Below are positions 1-12,232 of a stretch of DNA of 64,000 nucleotides, piece after piece. The first letter of the stretch is position 1, and the number at the start of each line of letters is the position of its first letter. The stretch spans positions 12,772,001 through 12,836,000 of the forward strand of contig OZ059899.1 of the NCBI GenBank assembly GCA_964057225.1, in the 5' to 3' direction. The translations under genes and the position numbers were made by a program. The notes under the pieces are model-generated. The model ran no database searches, was not told where the DNA came from, and saw only the letters and a list, made by a program, of their open reading frames with translations. The DNA is from Auanema rhodensis. Lineage: Eukaryota > Animalia > Nematoda.

Positions 1-76
1 GAAAATACAATTGTTTCAATTATTTTAATGAATGTTGCATATTTGCTACGTATATCAATATGGAAAAAAAGCTTAC

Positions 77-1834
77 CAGATGCGTATCCTCCAGATGGGG
101 GTGGAGCTCCAGCGCTATATCCTCCAGATGGGGCTGGTGGTGGGGCACCGGCTGCGGCTCCGGCGTTATATCCTCCTGATGGGGCTGGTGGTGGGGCACC
201 GGCTCCGGCGCTATATCCTCCTGATGGGGCTGGTGGTGGGGCACCGGCTCCGGCGCTATATCCTCCTGATGGGGCTGGTGGTGGGGCACCGGCTCCGGCG
301 CTGTATCCTCCTGAAGGTGCTGGTGGTGGGGCACCGGCTCCGGCGCTGTATCCACCTGATGGGGCTGGTGGTGGGGCTGCTGCTTCAGCTCCGGCGCTGT
401 ATCCTCCTGATGGGGCTGGTGGTGGGGCACCGGCTCCGGCGCTGTATCCTCCAGATGGGGCTGGAGCTGGTGCTGGAGCTGGAGCTGGGGCTGGAGCTGG
501 GGCTGGAGCTGGGGCTGGTGCGGCGGCTCCAGCGTTGTATCCTCCGGCTGAGGCACCGGCATCTGCGCCAGCACTGGCTCCGGCGCTGTATCCTCCTGAT
601 GGTGCTGGTGGTGGGGCACCGGCTCCGGCGCTGTATCCTCCAGATGGGGCTGGAGCTGGTGCTGGAGCTGGGGCTGGAGCTGGGGCTGGAGCTGGAGCTG
701 GTGCGGCGGCTCCAGCGTTGTATCCTCCGGCTGAGGCATCGGCACCGGCACCGGCAGCTGAACCAGAATCATATCCTCCTTGAGCTCCTCCTCCCTCAGC
801 GAGAGCGGTACGTGGTGGGCATGGGCAATAAGCGGCATCTGATCCTGGGGATCCATCAGCTCCATCATCTCCTGCGGATCCAGGTCCTCCAGCTGGTCCG
901 TCATTTCCTGGTGGTCCTGGTGGTCCTGGTGGTCCTGGTGGTGGTGGTCCGGCACTGTATCCTGCTCCATCTGGTCCAGCTTCTCCTGGTGGTCCTGGAG
1001 GTCCGGCTGGTCCTGGTTGACTTGTTGATTTTGTTCCTGGGGCTCCAGCCTCTCCGTCAGATCCTGGTGCTCCTGGATTTCCATCTGGTCCTGGTGGTCC
1101 TGGTGGTCCTGATGGTCCTGGTTCTCCAGGTCCTCCGCTTCCGTCTTGTCCTGGATTTCCGTCTGGGCCTGGGTTTCCAGCAGGTCCGTCTGGTCCTGGT
1201 GGTCCTGGTGGTCCTTGAGGACACTTAACACATTCGGAAGAGGTAGAGTCTTTCTCTACTGGAGTTCCGACTTGGCCATCTTGTCCTGGTTGTCCTGGCT
1301 CTCCTGCTTCTCCATCTTCTCCGGCTTCTCCTGGTGGTCCAGGTGGTCCAGCTGGGCAACCAGAGGCAGCTGGAGCGCAAGCGCATTGTCCTCCAGCTCC
1401 TCCAGCAGCTCCTCCGCCACCGCCTTGGGCATAACCTCCAGCACCTCCAGCAGCACCTCCGGCGTTGTAGCCCTGACGACGGCTACGGACGAAGACGCTG
1501 TAAACCCTTTGGGTGTTGCCGTGAGGCTGAGTCAGCATTACATTCCATGCATCATCGGCGTATTCCTTAAAAATACAAAACTTTAATAAGCAGTAAGAAA
1601 TGAATTGTAACCTTGAATTCCTTAAGATCATGATCGACTTTTCTTTCGAATTCATCAATTTCATCAAAAAGATCATACATAGTATAAAAACAAACTCCTA
1701 ACATCATGGAGCACATGATAAATGAGCCCAAAACTCCATAATATTGTACGGTGCGCCACTGGAAAAAGAGAATTATTTAAAAATAATAGCCAACAGATAA
1801 ATTTCTTTATTTTGTTGGTTTGTTAACTTACCAT
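77..1834 (-). CDS. Nematode cuticle collagen with long repetitive C-terminal extension (3' end outside window)
   Basis: Exon 1 is ATG only (1832-1834, followed by GTAAG). Exon 2 (~1612-1758) reads [49 protein letters not shown] (Col_cuticle_N-like). Exon 3 (~77-1566) has EYADDAW, furin-type site [24 protein letters not shown], Gly-X-Y blocks, [14 protein letters not shown] and the terminal [10 protein letters not shown], then GGY/AP repeats. A GTAAG donor at 76-72 and TTGTATTTTC at the window edge indicate a further exon outside. The true frame is absent from the ORF track. Confidence 0.96.
85..790 (-). repeat. Coding tandem repeat, ~45 bp unit ([15 protein letters not shown]) plus two poly(Ala-Pro) tracts
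   Basis: Plus-strand unit tatcctcc(t/a)gatggggctggtggtggggcaccggctccggcgct is repeated about 9-10 times. (gctgga/gctggg)n tracts lie at ~460-520 and ~648-700. Confidence 0.95.
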
Positions 1835-1902
1835 GTCTTTCTGTGCCAAGTAAAGAAGAAGAAAGAACTGGGCGAAGATAGTATGCCATCAGATCCATCA
1901 GC

Positions 1903-1909
1903 TTATATA
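1903..1909 (-). promoter_or_regulatory. TATA box of collagen gene
   Basis: TATATAA on the minus strand ~70 bp upstream of the collagen ATG. GATA-like sites nearby (1925 CTATCA, 2009 TGATAA). Confidence 0.6.
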
Positions 1910-2548
1910 GTCAGCCTAGCTAAGCTATCATGTAGCAAAGCTAACTGGTTCACAATCACAGAATAAACACTAAATCTTTTCAATTACCAGTTTTACAGTT
2001 ATACTCCATGATAACAGATAGCAGATGCTATTATACTAATTCAGAATCTGGTTAATAAAAAATAATATCCACCACACTTCCTATTGGATATATGAATGTA
2101 TTGATATGCTATTGCAATCAGTCTGATCATCCGATACTTTTTATTATACTACATACTTCAGTTTAACAGTTCGTTGAGATATCTGGCTTGTTTTATTACT
2201 TTTTTTATAGCTAATACTTTGTAATTATTATAGTAATATTACTTTATTATTCTTAATTATATTATGCACAGTATACACGCCATTAATTAGCATACTACCT
2301 TGCGTGTTTTTATTTGCTCTCAGTCTGAACAATACAAAATCATTAATTTTGCAAGAACTATGGTGAACGGTTGGTTTTTGTTACGTTTTATTGTTCGACT
2401 TCAAAAAGTACATTCATTTGAGGTAAGATTTTATTATATACTCAGTATGATACATGTATAAGCTAAGTTAGAATAATATAAGTCAATAAATTATGATAAT
2501 ATATATATTGGCAATAATTTATTATTGTAAGATCCCTGCTTTAACGAT

Positions 2549-3451
2549 CTAGGCTGATCTTCCGTTGCGGATCGCATCGAATAGCATGTCACCATTTTCT
2601 TTTTTTCCATATTTTGACCAGAATGTAACTTTGGAAGCATGCTTTTGACCTCAAAATATAGATTAATATAATTGAATTATATAAATAAAGATATATAAAA
2701 AATGATTCAGACTATACTAGTCATATGATGGTTATAATTAGGTTATGCGACTTACTTGTGCGTTGATCGAATAAATGACATTCTTCGTATGCTGGTGAAT
2801 AAACGTGCAAGCTCACTGCGGTTTCGGAATGACTAGGATTCTCCATTCGATGAAGACCTAGTTGATCTAGAACATGAATTCAATATACAACAAATATTCA
2901 TCAAAATATTTTTTACCACTCATATAAGTAACTTCATTAACATCAACTCTAACTTCTCCAGTTCTGTTCAATGGGCCGATATGTTCAGAACTCTCAGGGA
3001 AAGCAAATCTAAGTGTTAGTCGTAAGGCACAGTCTATGAAAAGTATTGATGAAATACCTAGATTCCAATAAAGATCCTTGAAGCATTTTTACAAAACAAT
3101 GAGATCCAGAATGGTCATGAATACTAAGATAGGATAAATTTGAAATGATTTTAGATTTAGTATATCTTACTTAGTACCCATTCCTGGCCCCCAACACAAT
3201 ACAATAAGGTTATATCTACCATTACCAGTATCTACCAGATTACGGGTGTAGCTAAAACATAACTAATTAAATTAGATCAATACATATATACATTTATATG
3301 TATATAAACCCTACTGTCTGTCATCGAAATGGGCATATTTACCCCAGTCAGAGATGTTGCTTTTGTATGAATTGAGAACTTTCTCAACATCTTCGATGAC
3401 TACATCATCTGTACCAAAAACAATACGAAGTTCTTCAATAAGTTTATCCAT
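2549..3451 (-). CDS. cdo-1: Cysteine dioxygenase type 1
   Basis: Spliced reading: MDKLIEELR...[63 protein letters not shown]...[48 protein letters not shown]. The 3-His iron site (HDH, LHR) and the Cys-Tyr crosslink residues (SHCF, LHVYS) are present. TTTTAG lies immediately before the ATG. Confidence 0.95.
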
Positions 3452-4209
3452 CTAAAACATTGGAAATGGTAATAATGCAAACGAATAAAAAACAGAAAAA
3501 GTGTGGTTTAAAACAATGTAAACGTTTTGAATACAAAGAGAAAAGGGAAAGTTGGGGAACAGTGATGAACCTCTCGTATCAGTCGGATCAACTGAAAATA
3601 AGATAAAAGTCTCTCGCACCCAAAAGACAACATATAGATATGGATATACCCAACCCACCTACGCAGCTGTTAATCTAAACAGAAAGAAAAATGGCCAGTC
3701 TGACACATCCAGTTCGCGACTTATCTGCCACAACCCTGTCCATCCAGTTCGTCGGCTACAAAAAAGCAACGGGATTCGATAAGCATATTCCATGATCTAG
3801 GGGGAAGCTTTCTCTTCGGTCAAACACGTTCCAAAGGTTTAATCAAAGGTTTATTATCACCAAACCACAGGTATCAAGGATCGTTTAAGATGAAGAACGA
3901 TCTGCCCTGAGAAATCATTATAATCAATAAATGTTCTAGATCTCACAGATCTTCTTGAGGAACAACTTGCGGAATAATCGAAATAGAACTTCATCAGTTT
4001 TATTAAATGATTATAAGATATACAATGGGAAGTAAAATATAAGACAAATACGGCATTATGATACTGTTCTTATATAATAATCATGATGATCATGGAGAGG
4101 AGATGGAAATCTTGTGCGAATACCAAAAAAGGTATTCATAAATAGTTGTAGGAAGCATATTAAGAAACCCATAATAATTGATTACATCAATAAACTAATT
4201 TCCATAATA

Positions 4210-5599
4210 TTAACTGGTAAATCCCCAAAGACGAATAGAATCGCGATCTCTGCTTTCAGTAGACACAGACGCAAATGCAAGAATAGGTTGTTTCGGATGC
4301 CAAGCAGTTGAGAACACCTCTCCATCGACCCGTACATCAGATACTCTAAACGATTTAGCTTCTGGAGACTATATAATTCTGTTTAACATACTTTTCTCCA
4401 TCTTCAACCCAAGCTATGTCAATGCAATGATCTTCACTACCGCAAGCTATAAGGTTTCCATAAGAATTTATGGATATAGCTCGGACAGGATAATCAAGTC
4501 TGAAACATATATATCAGTTGGTCACCACGGATAGCCATCACTAATATCATTTTTTCGAACGTTTGCTGAATATAAATCTGACCTAGCTATAGTGGATTCA
4601 CAGATAAATTCATCTAAATTCCATAATGTACACAGAGCGTCATTTCCTCCGACCGCCATTCTGGAACCGTCAGCTGTTACAGATACTGATAAGCAACTTG
4701 ATTGTGTAGATAAAGCCTGAATGCTTCTCATCGGTTTTAGGTCTGGTATCCTAAAGTTAAGAAAAATAACTAAAAATTATGGGCCCTAAACCAACGAGAA
4801 AATCTCGACTTTGCCTCCACCTGTAGCCACAAACAAATATTCACCACAAGGATGGCATGTGATTTCATTAAGTTCAACTTTAATATCCATAGTCTGAACA
4901 AAATTTTTAATTGCGCATCTCAAAAACTGAAACGATCCCACTCACCTTAATTATGGACAGTGTCTGTCCATCTACAATATGAATTTTATTATCTTTATCG
5001 CCGTATATGAGATATTTTCCATTAGGAGACCATGTCACATAAAGATTGGGGGCTAAAACATAACATATTTCAAAATTTGAATTACCCGGAAGAAAACCTC
5101 TTGTACTTAATTTCCTTTGTGTTGTCTTAGTTCTCATATCCCAAATACATACTGATTTATCCAAACTAGCGGAAGCAAATATGTAGGGAGAGGAATGTTG
5201 GAATGCAACCTAACAAACAACAGACTTATAATTTTCGATCAAGAGTTCAAACCATACCTGATCAACGGAATCATCATGGCCGGCAGCTACAAAATCTAGC
5301 TTCAATCTACAGCCGGAATCAACCGCCGCAACTGCTACCCGTCTCAAACAATTTAATTTCAGAATTTCTCAAGATATTATTGATCACCTGTCATGTGATC
5401 CACAAGCAAGTTTTGTTCCGTCACAATTCCAGGATAATGAATGTACTTTCTGAACCTTTAAACAAGAGAAATGATAATCCGATTTTCATAATATCCAAAC
5501 CTGCATATCACATCCCCTGACCCTTTGATGAGAGCTAAAGTACGAAATCGCGTCTTGTTTATTGCGAATTTTGTTTTTAAAAGATCTTGACGACGCCAT
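4210..5599 (-). CDS. thoc-3: THO complex subunit 3 (TEX1-like WD40 protein)
   Basis: WD repeats KVHSLSWNCDGTKLACGSHD, DKSVCIWDMR, VTWSPNGKYLIYGDKDN, MAVGGNDALCTLWNLDEFICESTIARLDYPVRAISINSYGNLIACGSEDHCIDIA, AWHPKQPILAFA and terminal IRLWGFTS* resemble THOC3. Confidence 0.88.
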
Positions 5600-6037
5600 T
5601 AGTCTTGAATATATTGTACGCTACGAATGATCAATCAAATTTTTAAAATATTTGGTATGTCGTCTGAACAGGTGTGAACAAGAAAATCATATTAAAAAAG
5701 TTTAACTCTCCTCTACAAACGATAAAACAATCGTGCCGAGTAGCAAGAACTTTTAAGGAACTAGAGTGACTTAAGGTGTCTCACCGCAAGTACAAACCGG
5801 AAATAAAAACTAGCCAAATTCTAATCATCAACAACAGAAGTCAATCGAAAAAAAACAAATCGACAGAACTCATAAAAAAACAATACTGTTCTGAACATTC
5901 CATCAGAAAGGAATCGGATAAAATAGTATGATCAAGTTGATATCACAATTTCAAAAATGATGGATAACAAAAGTGAAAAACAAGTCTATGACAATATAGG
6001 TTACCCCTCTCTCAATATTCTCGATATTTTTCTCAAA

Positions 6038-6962
6038 TTAGAATGGCTTAGCCAAATGCTCGATAATTTCATATTTGCGGTCCTTGGTGATTTCGTTTTT
6101 AGAGATCATTCCGTCTAGGATCATATCCATGGTCATAGCACTGAAAAAGCTTTGATGTCATTTCAATTCTAGAAATAGTATCTCACCTGTGGAAGTCAAT
6201 ACCGGCTTTCTTAAGCCCAGCTGTTGCTCCTTGCTGGCGATCGAGAACAGCTACGGCATCTACAATCTAAAAAACGGTAAAATGATAAAAGAGAGGATAT
6301 ATTTATAAAAATACCTCCAAGCCTTCCTCGCGAATTCCTTCAGCTGTTTCACGAATAGATTCTCCAGTAGTAACTACGTCTTCAATAAGAATAACACGAC
6401 CTCCCTCGGTGAAGACTCCCTGAAAGCTTAATGATACATTTTTTCCGGCTTAAATGAATACCTCAATCATCTTCTTTGTTCCATAAGATTTAACCTCCTT
6501 TCTCTTCATGAGCATTGGAATATCCAAAATATCAGCAACCAACTATTTTCAAAATATAAACATTAAAACAACCCAAAAACATACAGTAGCCAAAGGAATA
6601 GCGGCATAGGGGACTCCAACAACGTAATCAATCTTCAACTGTTTAGAAGTAATAATATGACACAAGTTGTGAGCAGCCAAGCGCTGAAATTTGAAAAAAA
6701 AAACTAAATGAATTTGAAGAGGAATATACCAAAGTCTTTGGATGACTCATAATTCTTCTCAAATCAATGTAAATTGGTGTCATTTGACCAGACTTGAGGA
6801 AGAACTCTCCCATTCGGAATACCTATTTTATAAAGTATGAAGTTCCGAGTAATACTTCAAAATTACCTGCATAGAGTACAAAGCTTCAAAGAGGTGATCA
6901 GGTACATGGAAAGAATCCGATTGAGAGCTAGAGGAGATTTCAGCAACTGAATTTGCGCCCAT
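6038..6962 (-). CDS. Stand-alone orotate phosphoribosyltransferase (OPRT)
   Basis: GEFFLKSGQMTPIYIDLR, VVGVPYAAIPLAT, KRKEVKSYGTKKMIEG, PRPP-binding VILIEDVVTTGESI and VLDRQQG. The reading stops at HLAKPF* with no ODC domain. Confidence 0.93.
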
Positions 6963-7135
6963 CTAGAAAGATATAATAAACATAATACATATACACTAAA
7001 GAAAAGGTAACGAGATAGATAAGACTATGAAAAGTACACGATAGGCAAAAAGAAAGAAAATCATTTAGTCTTCGATAAACCTATATAACAATATTAACAA
7101 TAAAATAACAATATACAACTAGCTATAAAGTGAGA

Positions 7136-7804
7136 TCAAGGCCTAGGAGGAGCAATAGACCAGCTCTTGGGAATGCTCTTCCATTCCTTCTCAGTTCTCT
7201 TGTAAATCATTTGACGGGTGAAATGTCCCATCTTCTGGTTTTCACGCAGGTCTTGGACAGACTAAAATATAAAGATGTAATGTTGATAAAAAAATCTTAA
7301 AAATACCTTTCTTTCGGTAGGCGGTTTAAGCAACTCCTCCAAATTGCAATCGATAGACTGTTGAGCTTGTATTGGTACGATATCAACATGAACCTGCAAA
7401 AAAACGAAATTAAAACGAAACGTTTCGTAAGATACATACTGTATCAAGATCATTTTGGAAAATAGACTTAGTAGTTTTTTTGGCATCCATTGACATATGA
7501 GTGCGGAATAGGAAATAACTGAAAAGAGCACAATAAGATAGAGACTGAAGATATATGATAGCATACTTTGAAGAGTACACAGGCTCATTCGTTTGCTTTG
7601 TTATTCTTTTGTAAGGCAAATCTTTGTGTCCCATTGATTCTACCTTCTCTATAACTGCTCCATGATCTAATAAAGTATTTCCAGCACGTGTAAGCGTCTT
7701 AATCAGATCAGCCTGAATATATTTAGCACAGTTTTCAATATAGTAAAGTGCACTCAAACCTTAGATAAAGACCTTGTGATCAAAGTTACCTCGAACAGAG
7801 GCAT
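7136..7804 (-). CDS. mrps-6: Mitochondrial ribosomal protein S6
   Basis: MPLFEVTLITRSLSK|ADLIKTLTRAGNTLLDHGAVIEKVESMGHKDLPYKRI...YFLFRTH...NDLDT|VHVDIV...CNLEELLKPP...APPRP*, the bS6m pattern. Confidence 0.9.
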
Positions 7805-8285
7805 CTTCTATCTAAAACAAGAAGCTTGATTTTAAATATTTGTAATATTTTTAAAGAATTAAAAGTAAAAATTATAAATTTTAACTTCATTTTTCCATCC
7901 AGTTTTCATTCAACGAACATAAAAAATGGTTAAAGGTTTTCTCGCTGATTACGGTTGTTAACGGAGCGCCCCTTTGTCTTCAACAAGCCATTAAATTCTA
8001 TGGAAAATATGAAAAGGAAGGAAAACTTATAGAATTTAAAATTAAAAATGATATACAGAAGTTATTTTTGAAAAAAATGTATTTTTTGAAGGAGGTAATA
8101 TAAAACTGCTCTTTATGAATATTGTAATCTTTCATACAAAGTTTTTCATGACCTATTAATGTCCTTCTGTAAGTACGTGTTTGAAATGGCTGATTAGGAC
8201 TATTGATCAATTTCACAACGTAGTCTCTACTCTTGCTGATAATATTGTTCAAACTCGTTCATATATACCTATATTTATTACTATT

Positions 8286-9264
8286 ATGAATTGCAATGGT
8301 TTTCAATTGAAAGAAATTGGGAGAGATCTTTACATGTAAGTTTTCAATGACATAATCTTATCAGAGAGTTTTTCAAAGACATGCAAATAAGGAAGAAGAT
8401 TGTTCCCTGACGCAGCTCTTAAGAAATGCATCCACCCTTGTTATTCGTACTGTTTCGCAAAATTTCCGAATGCATAGCGTTTACTGCTACAATTTGTCTC
8501 CATTGATGGCTGGGCAAGAGATAACGTATAAGCTTCAAAAAATTAGGGATGGACGTAATATTGCCATAAGATTTGTTGAAATTAGTCAAGAAGGAAAGCC
8601 GACTCTGATTTTCGAATTTTCTTTCCAGAACGTTTGTTGAATTAAATTTTAAGCCAAATTTCTTTGGAACTATCTAGGAACTTAACTTGGAGACCACGTT
8701 GACTTATGTTCCGAAGTTTCCACGAGTCAAAGATCTTTCCACGTTTTCTCAATCAACTGGAAACCATCAAGAACAGGTATAACAGTAGAATTATTATATT
8801 GCTTTTACATTTCCTCTCAGGCTTCAAATCTTTTTGATATTCGGACTGTATCCGTTGGACCTGCAACCGTAACTCGATGGTTTAAACTACGAGGTGACAT
8901 TGCAAAGATAAGAAGATCTTTGAATAAGAAACTATTTTTTCAGAACCTGTCAGCACAGAGAACAGCAATAGCTTGCTCCTGATGCTTTCAGATTACGATC
9001 TGTTTTCAAAAGATTGTAACATGACCACAGAACACAGTGTATGGTTCCATGAAACAGGGTATGCTTTCGGTGCAAACATTTCTGTTCAAGGCAAAAGAGA
9101 ATTACAGGTTCGATGAGAAAGATTGGTTTTTGCATGAAGCTGAAATTACAAATTTACGAGGAGATAGATCTCTAATACGGGGCAGGATATGGTCTCACGG
9201 TGGTCGATTGTTGCTAAGTTTTGCGCAAGAAAAACGGAAAATATCGGAGAAAAGTAAATTGTAA
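8286..9264 (+). CDS. Peroxisomal acyl-CoA thioesterase (ACOT8/TesB-like double hotdog fold)
   Basis: Six exons reading ITYKLQKIRDGRNIAIRFVEISQEGK...FEFSFQ, RWFKLR, LLMLSDY, TTEHSVWFH, DWFLHEAE, RSLIRGRIWSHGGRLLLSFAQE, with a C-terminal SKL (PTS1). Confidence 0.88.
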
Positions 9265-9479
9265 ACCACACGCTGTAACATCAAATATATAAATGTAGAT
9301 TTATTGTAAATTATAACTAAGATTAAAAAGCATTATGTACAAAAGTTAAACCCGATTGTATAAGGAGAACTTCTATCACGAATTATATTAGACTCAAGTG
9401 TACGAAAAGTTATAAAATGAATGAGTTTTTCTGACATAAGCTCAGATAGTGAATATACAATATATACAAAGTACGATGT

Positions 9480-11397
9480 TTACTGATCTTTCTTCGTTTC
9501 ACCTGAAGAATGTTCAGCTAATCTTGCTTCCTCTTCTTCTTCGAAGTCAAAATCGAGATTTGCTGCAGTGCCATGTGGCTCATCTTCTTCCAATACTTCA
9601 AAACCATCATCAATGTCATAGTTTGGAGCACACATATCATCAAATTCTGCAAATTAAAGATTTATAATTTTCATGATCATTGTATTACTACCTTTCATTT
9701 CAATTTTTGCCTTTACACCTGTGTAAGGTTCGAATGGCGGCCAATATCTTGGTCGCTCATTAAGCTGTTCGAAAAGTGGTGGGTTAGAAGAAGGGAAAAC
9801 GCGCTAAAAGTGACCTTTGTGAAGAAAAATGAAAAGGGAAAACTAACCGTTTTTAGATCTTCACATAATTTTTCGAAAGATTCTTCCGTTTCACAGAAAA
9901 ATGCTAGAGCCAAAGAAGGGTCGACCTGGTCATAATCCATACAGAATGTCATATCACAATGATATGTTGTATCATCGATTTCACATGCATCAGCATCAGA
10001 TGCTTCTAATGGTTCTTCGATCATCTCGATCTCATTATCCTTAGCAGAACTTCCGCTTAAAGACGGTCTACAATAATGTGGATCCAAGTATATCAACTAT
10101 AAATTAGATGCAATTAAAAAATAACATATTCTTTATGATACCTTATTTCCTTGGATACCAACAAAATAAAGGGCACGATTAGGTCTACCACCAATAATTC
10201 CAACACAAGAATCCAATTGAAAATACTCCTTAAGGAATAAAACTATATTATTAGGAAAAAGACCAGAGATTTAAAACCTGAAGAGGAGGAAGATAGCATT
10301 TATTGATATTAGTAAGTCCCAAACGTAGTGGAACAAGTAGTAAAACTGGGCGCCATTTAGAAGCTGGAAAAAATCTTAATACGAAACAAAAACCTCGAAA
10401 GCTTACCTGATAATGATTCGCTTTCAGGAGATAATGCCAAATGAGATTCATCTACACAACCATCAGCTTAATAAGTTAAAAATAACCAAATATAATGAAA
10501 TTTATCATACCACTGATCAATTTAACCGCATCATGAGTAGCCATTGTTGCTACTGTAGTCACATCATTTTTTATAAGAATATTATCCAAAGCTACATGAA
10601 CAGCGACATTTGACCAAGTATCAAAAATTGCTAACTTTTTTAGAACCTATAGAGCAAACATTAGAAGAAATGTTTTAATAGACCTTATTGCACCTGTGCC
10701 GCTGTATTTGGGCCGAACCATTCTCCTACTGCTTTTCCCTCTGATACACCCATTTGCGCTTAAAGTACATGAAACTTAAACTAGTGTTTTCTATACGACA
10801 AACCTATTTGATGGATAGAATATAACGCCGTTTTTTCGTCAAAAAACATTCGAAGAATTCTTTCGTAGTCACCAGACACTTTTTCCTGTTTCCAAATATA
10901 GTGCTTACCTTTAAAATAATAAAAAAATAAAATCATAAGGCGAAAAAAAAGTCACATTAAAACATGACTCACCAAGGTGTCTCCGTAGTAAAACTTCTCC
11001 CAGTACCATTTGAGCACAACGAAGCATGCATCCCCAACCTTGATCCGACTCTGGCCCAATGCCACCTATAATTCTAACATTTATTAGGAAAAATAAATAC
11101 AATGTGATACCTATTGGAGAAAAATTCTTACGATATGTGAACCAGAACCGGGAACGAACATACTCTCTAATTTTTTCTAATCCTTCTGTTACATAGATAT
11201 AATATATATTGAAACATATAACAAGAAAAAATACCTGATTTCGAGAAATGTTTCCCTAGTAAATATACAGGATTGTCTTCGCGGTAACACGTAGCAATGT
11301 CATGATTTAAAGCGTATGCAAATGGAGGTTCAAGAGTACAACAAGTTTCAATCATCTTAGAAAATGTATTTGGTAATTCAGAAGAATAATCTTCCAT
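9480..11397 (-). CDS. atg-4: Autophagy cysteine protease ATG4
   Basis: RSRFWFTYRKNFSPIGGIGPESDQGWGCMLRCAQM (catalytic Cys), YSIHQI, EWFGPNTAAQV, WRPVLLLVPLRLG, GIIGGRPNRALYFVG, YLDPHYC (Asp/His), DPSLALAFFC and a C-terminal LIR-like DDGFEVL. Confidence 0.96.
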
Positions 11398-11665
11398 TAC
11401 ACAAGATGGCTACAAAATAAGGTTGTTAAGTAAAACATTTAAAAATTAAAGCTGAAAACAAACAAAGCAAGAACATACTTTCACAATATGGAAACGTGAA
11501 CGGAATCAGCTGATTGACTCGCAAGAATATTGGGCAGTCAAGCAAAATACTGTCCGCAATTGCGTATCTGTGAAGAACTTTCGCTATTTTTTGCATTTAC
11601 TGTTATCACATTTTATTTTATTAAATTTTAATTTTTAAATTCAGTTTTTTCACACTACTTGTAAA

Positions 11666-12232
11666 ATGGAAGTTGATCAAGCTGCTGTTGACGCTAAGAA
11701 TGAAAGTGAAAGAGGTCTTGCTAAATCTGGAAGATGGTGGAAACAAACACAAAATAATAGGTAATGATTTGGGTTCTAATTAGTATTATTGAATTCATTC
11801 CAGGCATTCTAATGTTCATAAATCCAAGCCTCTAAAGACATCTTGGCAGAAAAAAATGGATGAAAAAAATAAGTTAAAACAAGTATGAATTTAATTTTGC
11901 CACTGTTTAATTAAAATAACTATTTTCAGACCCAATTATTGCAAAAAGAAATTCGTGATAAGAAGGTTCAAGAAAAGACTGTATGTTGCATAATTACTTC
12001 ATTATATTTACTTATTTATGATTTAGGAAAGGAAAGAGCGTGCTAAAGAACAAGAAGAACGTCGTGTTGAAAATGAAAAGAAGGCTGAAGTTGTTCAAGT
12101 AAGACTTGTGTTTCATATCATATTTGCAAAAACGAATGTTCGTTTCAGGTTATTAGAAATACACAAAAGTTAAAGAAAATCAAGAAGAAGCAATTGCGTA
12201 GCATTGTTACTAGAGATACAACGAATATGTAA
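11666..12232 (+). CDS. CCDC86: CCDC86/Cgr1-like coiled-coil ribosome-biogenesis protein
   Basis: RGLAKSGRWWK, KPLKTSWQKKM, RRVENEKKAEVVQVIRNTQKLKKIKKKQLRSI; five short exons. Confidence 0.88.

Noticed and set aside
20-1586. Long ORFs 20..1231(-), 28..783(+), 32..1228(+), 1146..1586(+)
   Set aside because: Shadow frames of the Gly-X-Y and GGY/AP repeat collagen; repetitive GC-rich codons leave the alternative frames stop-free.
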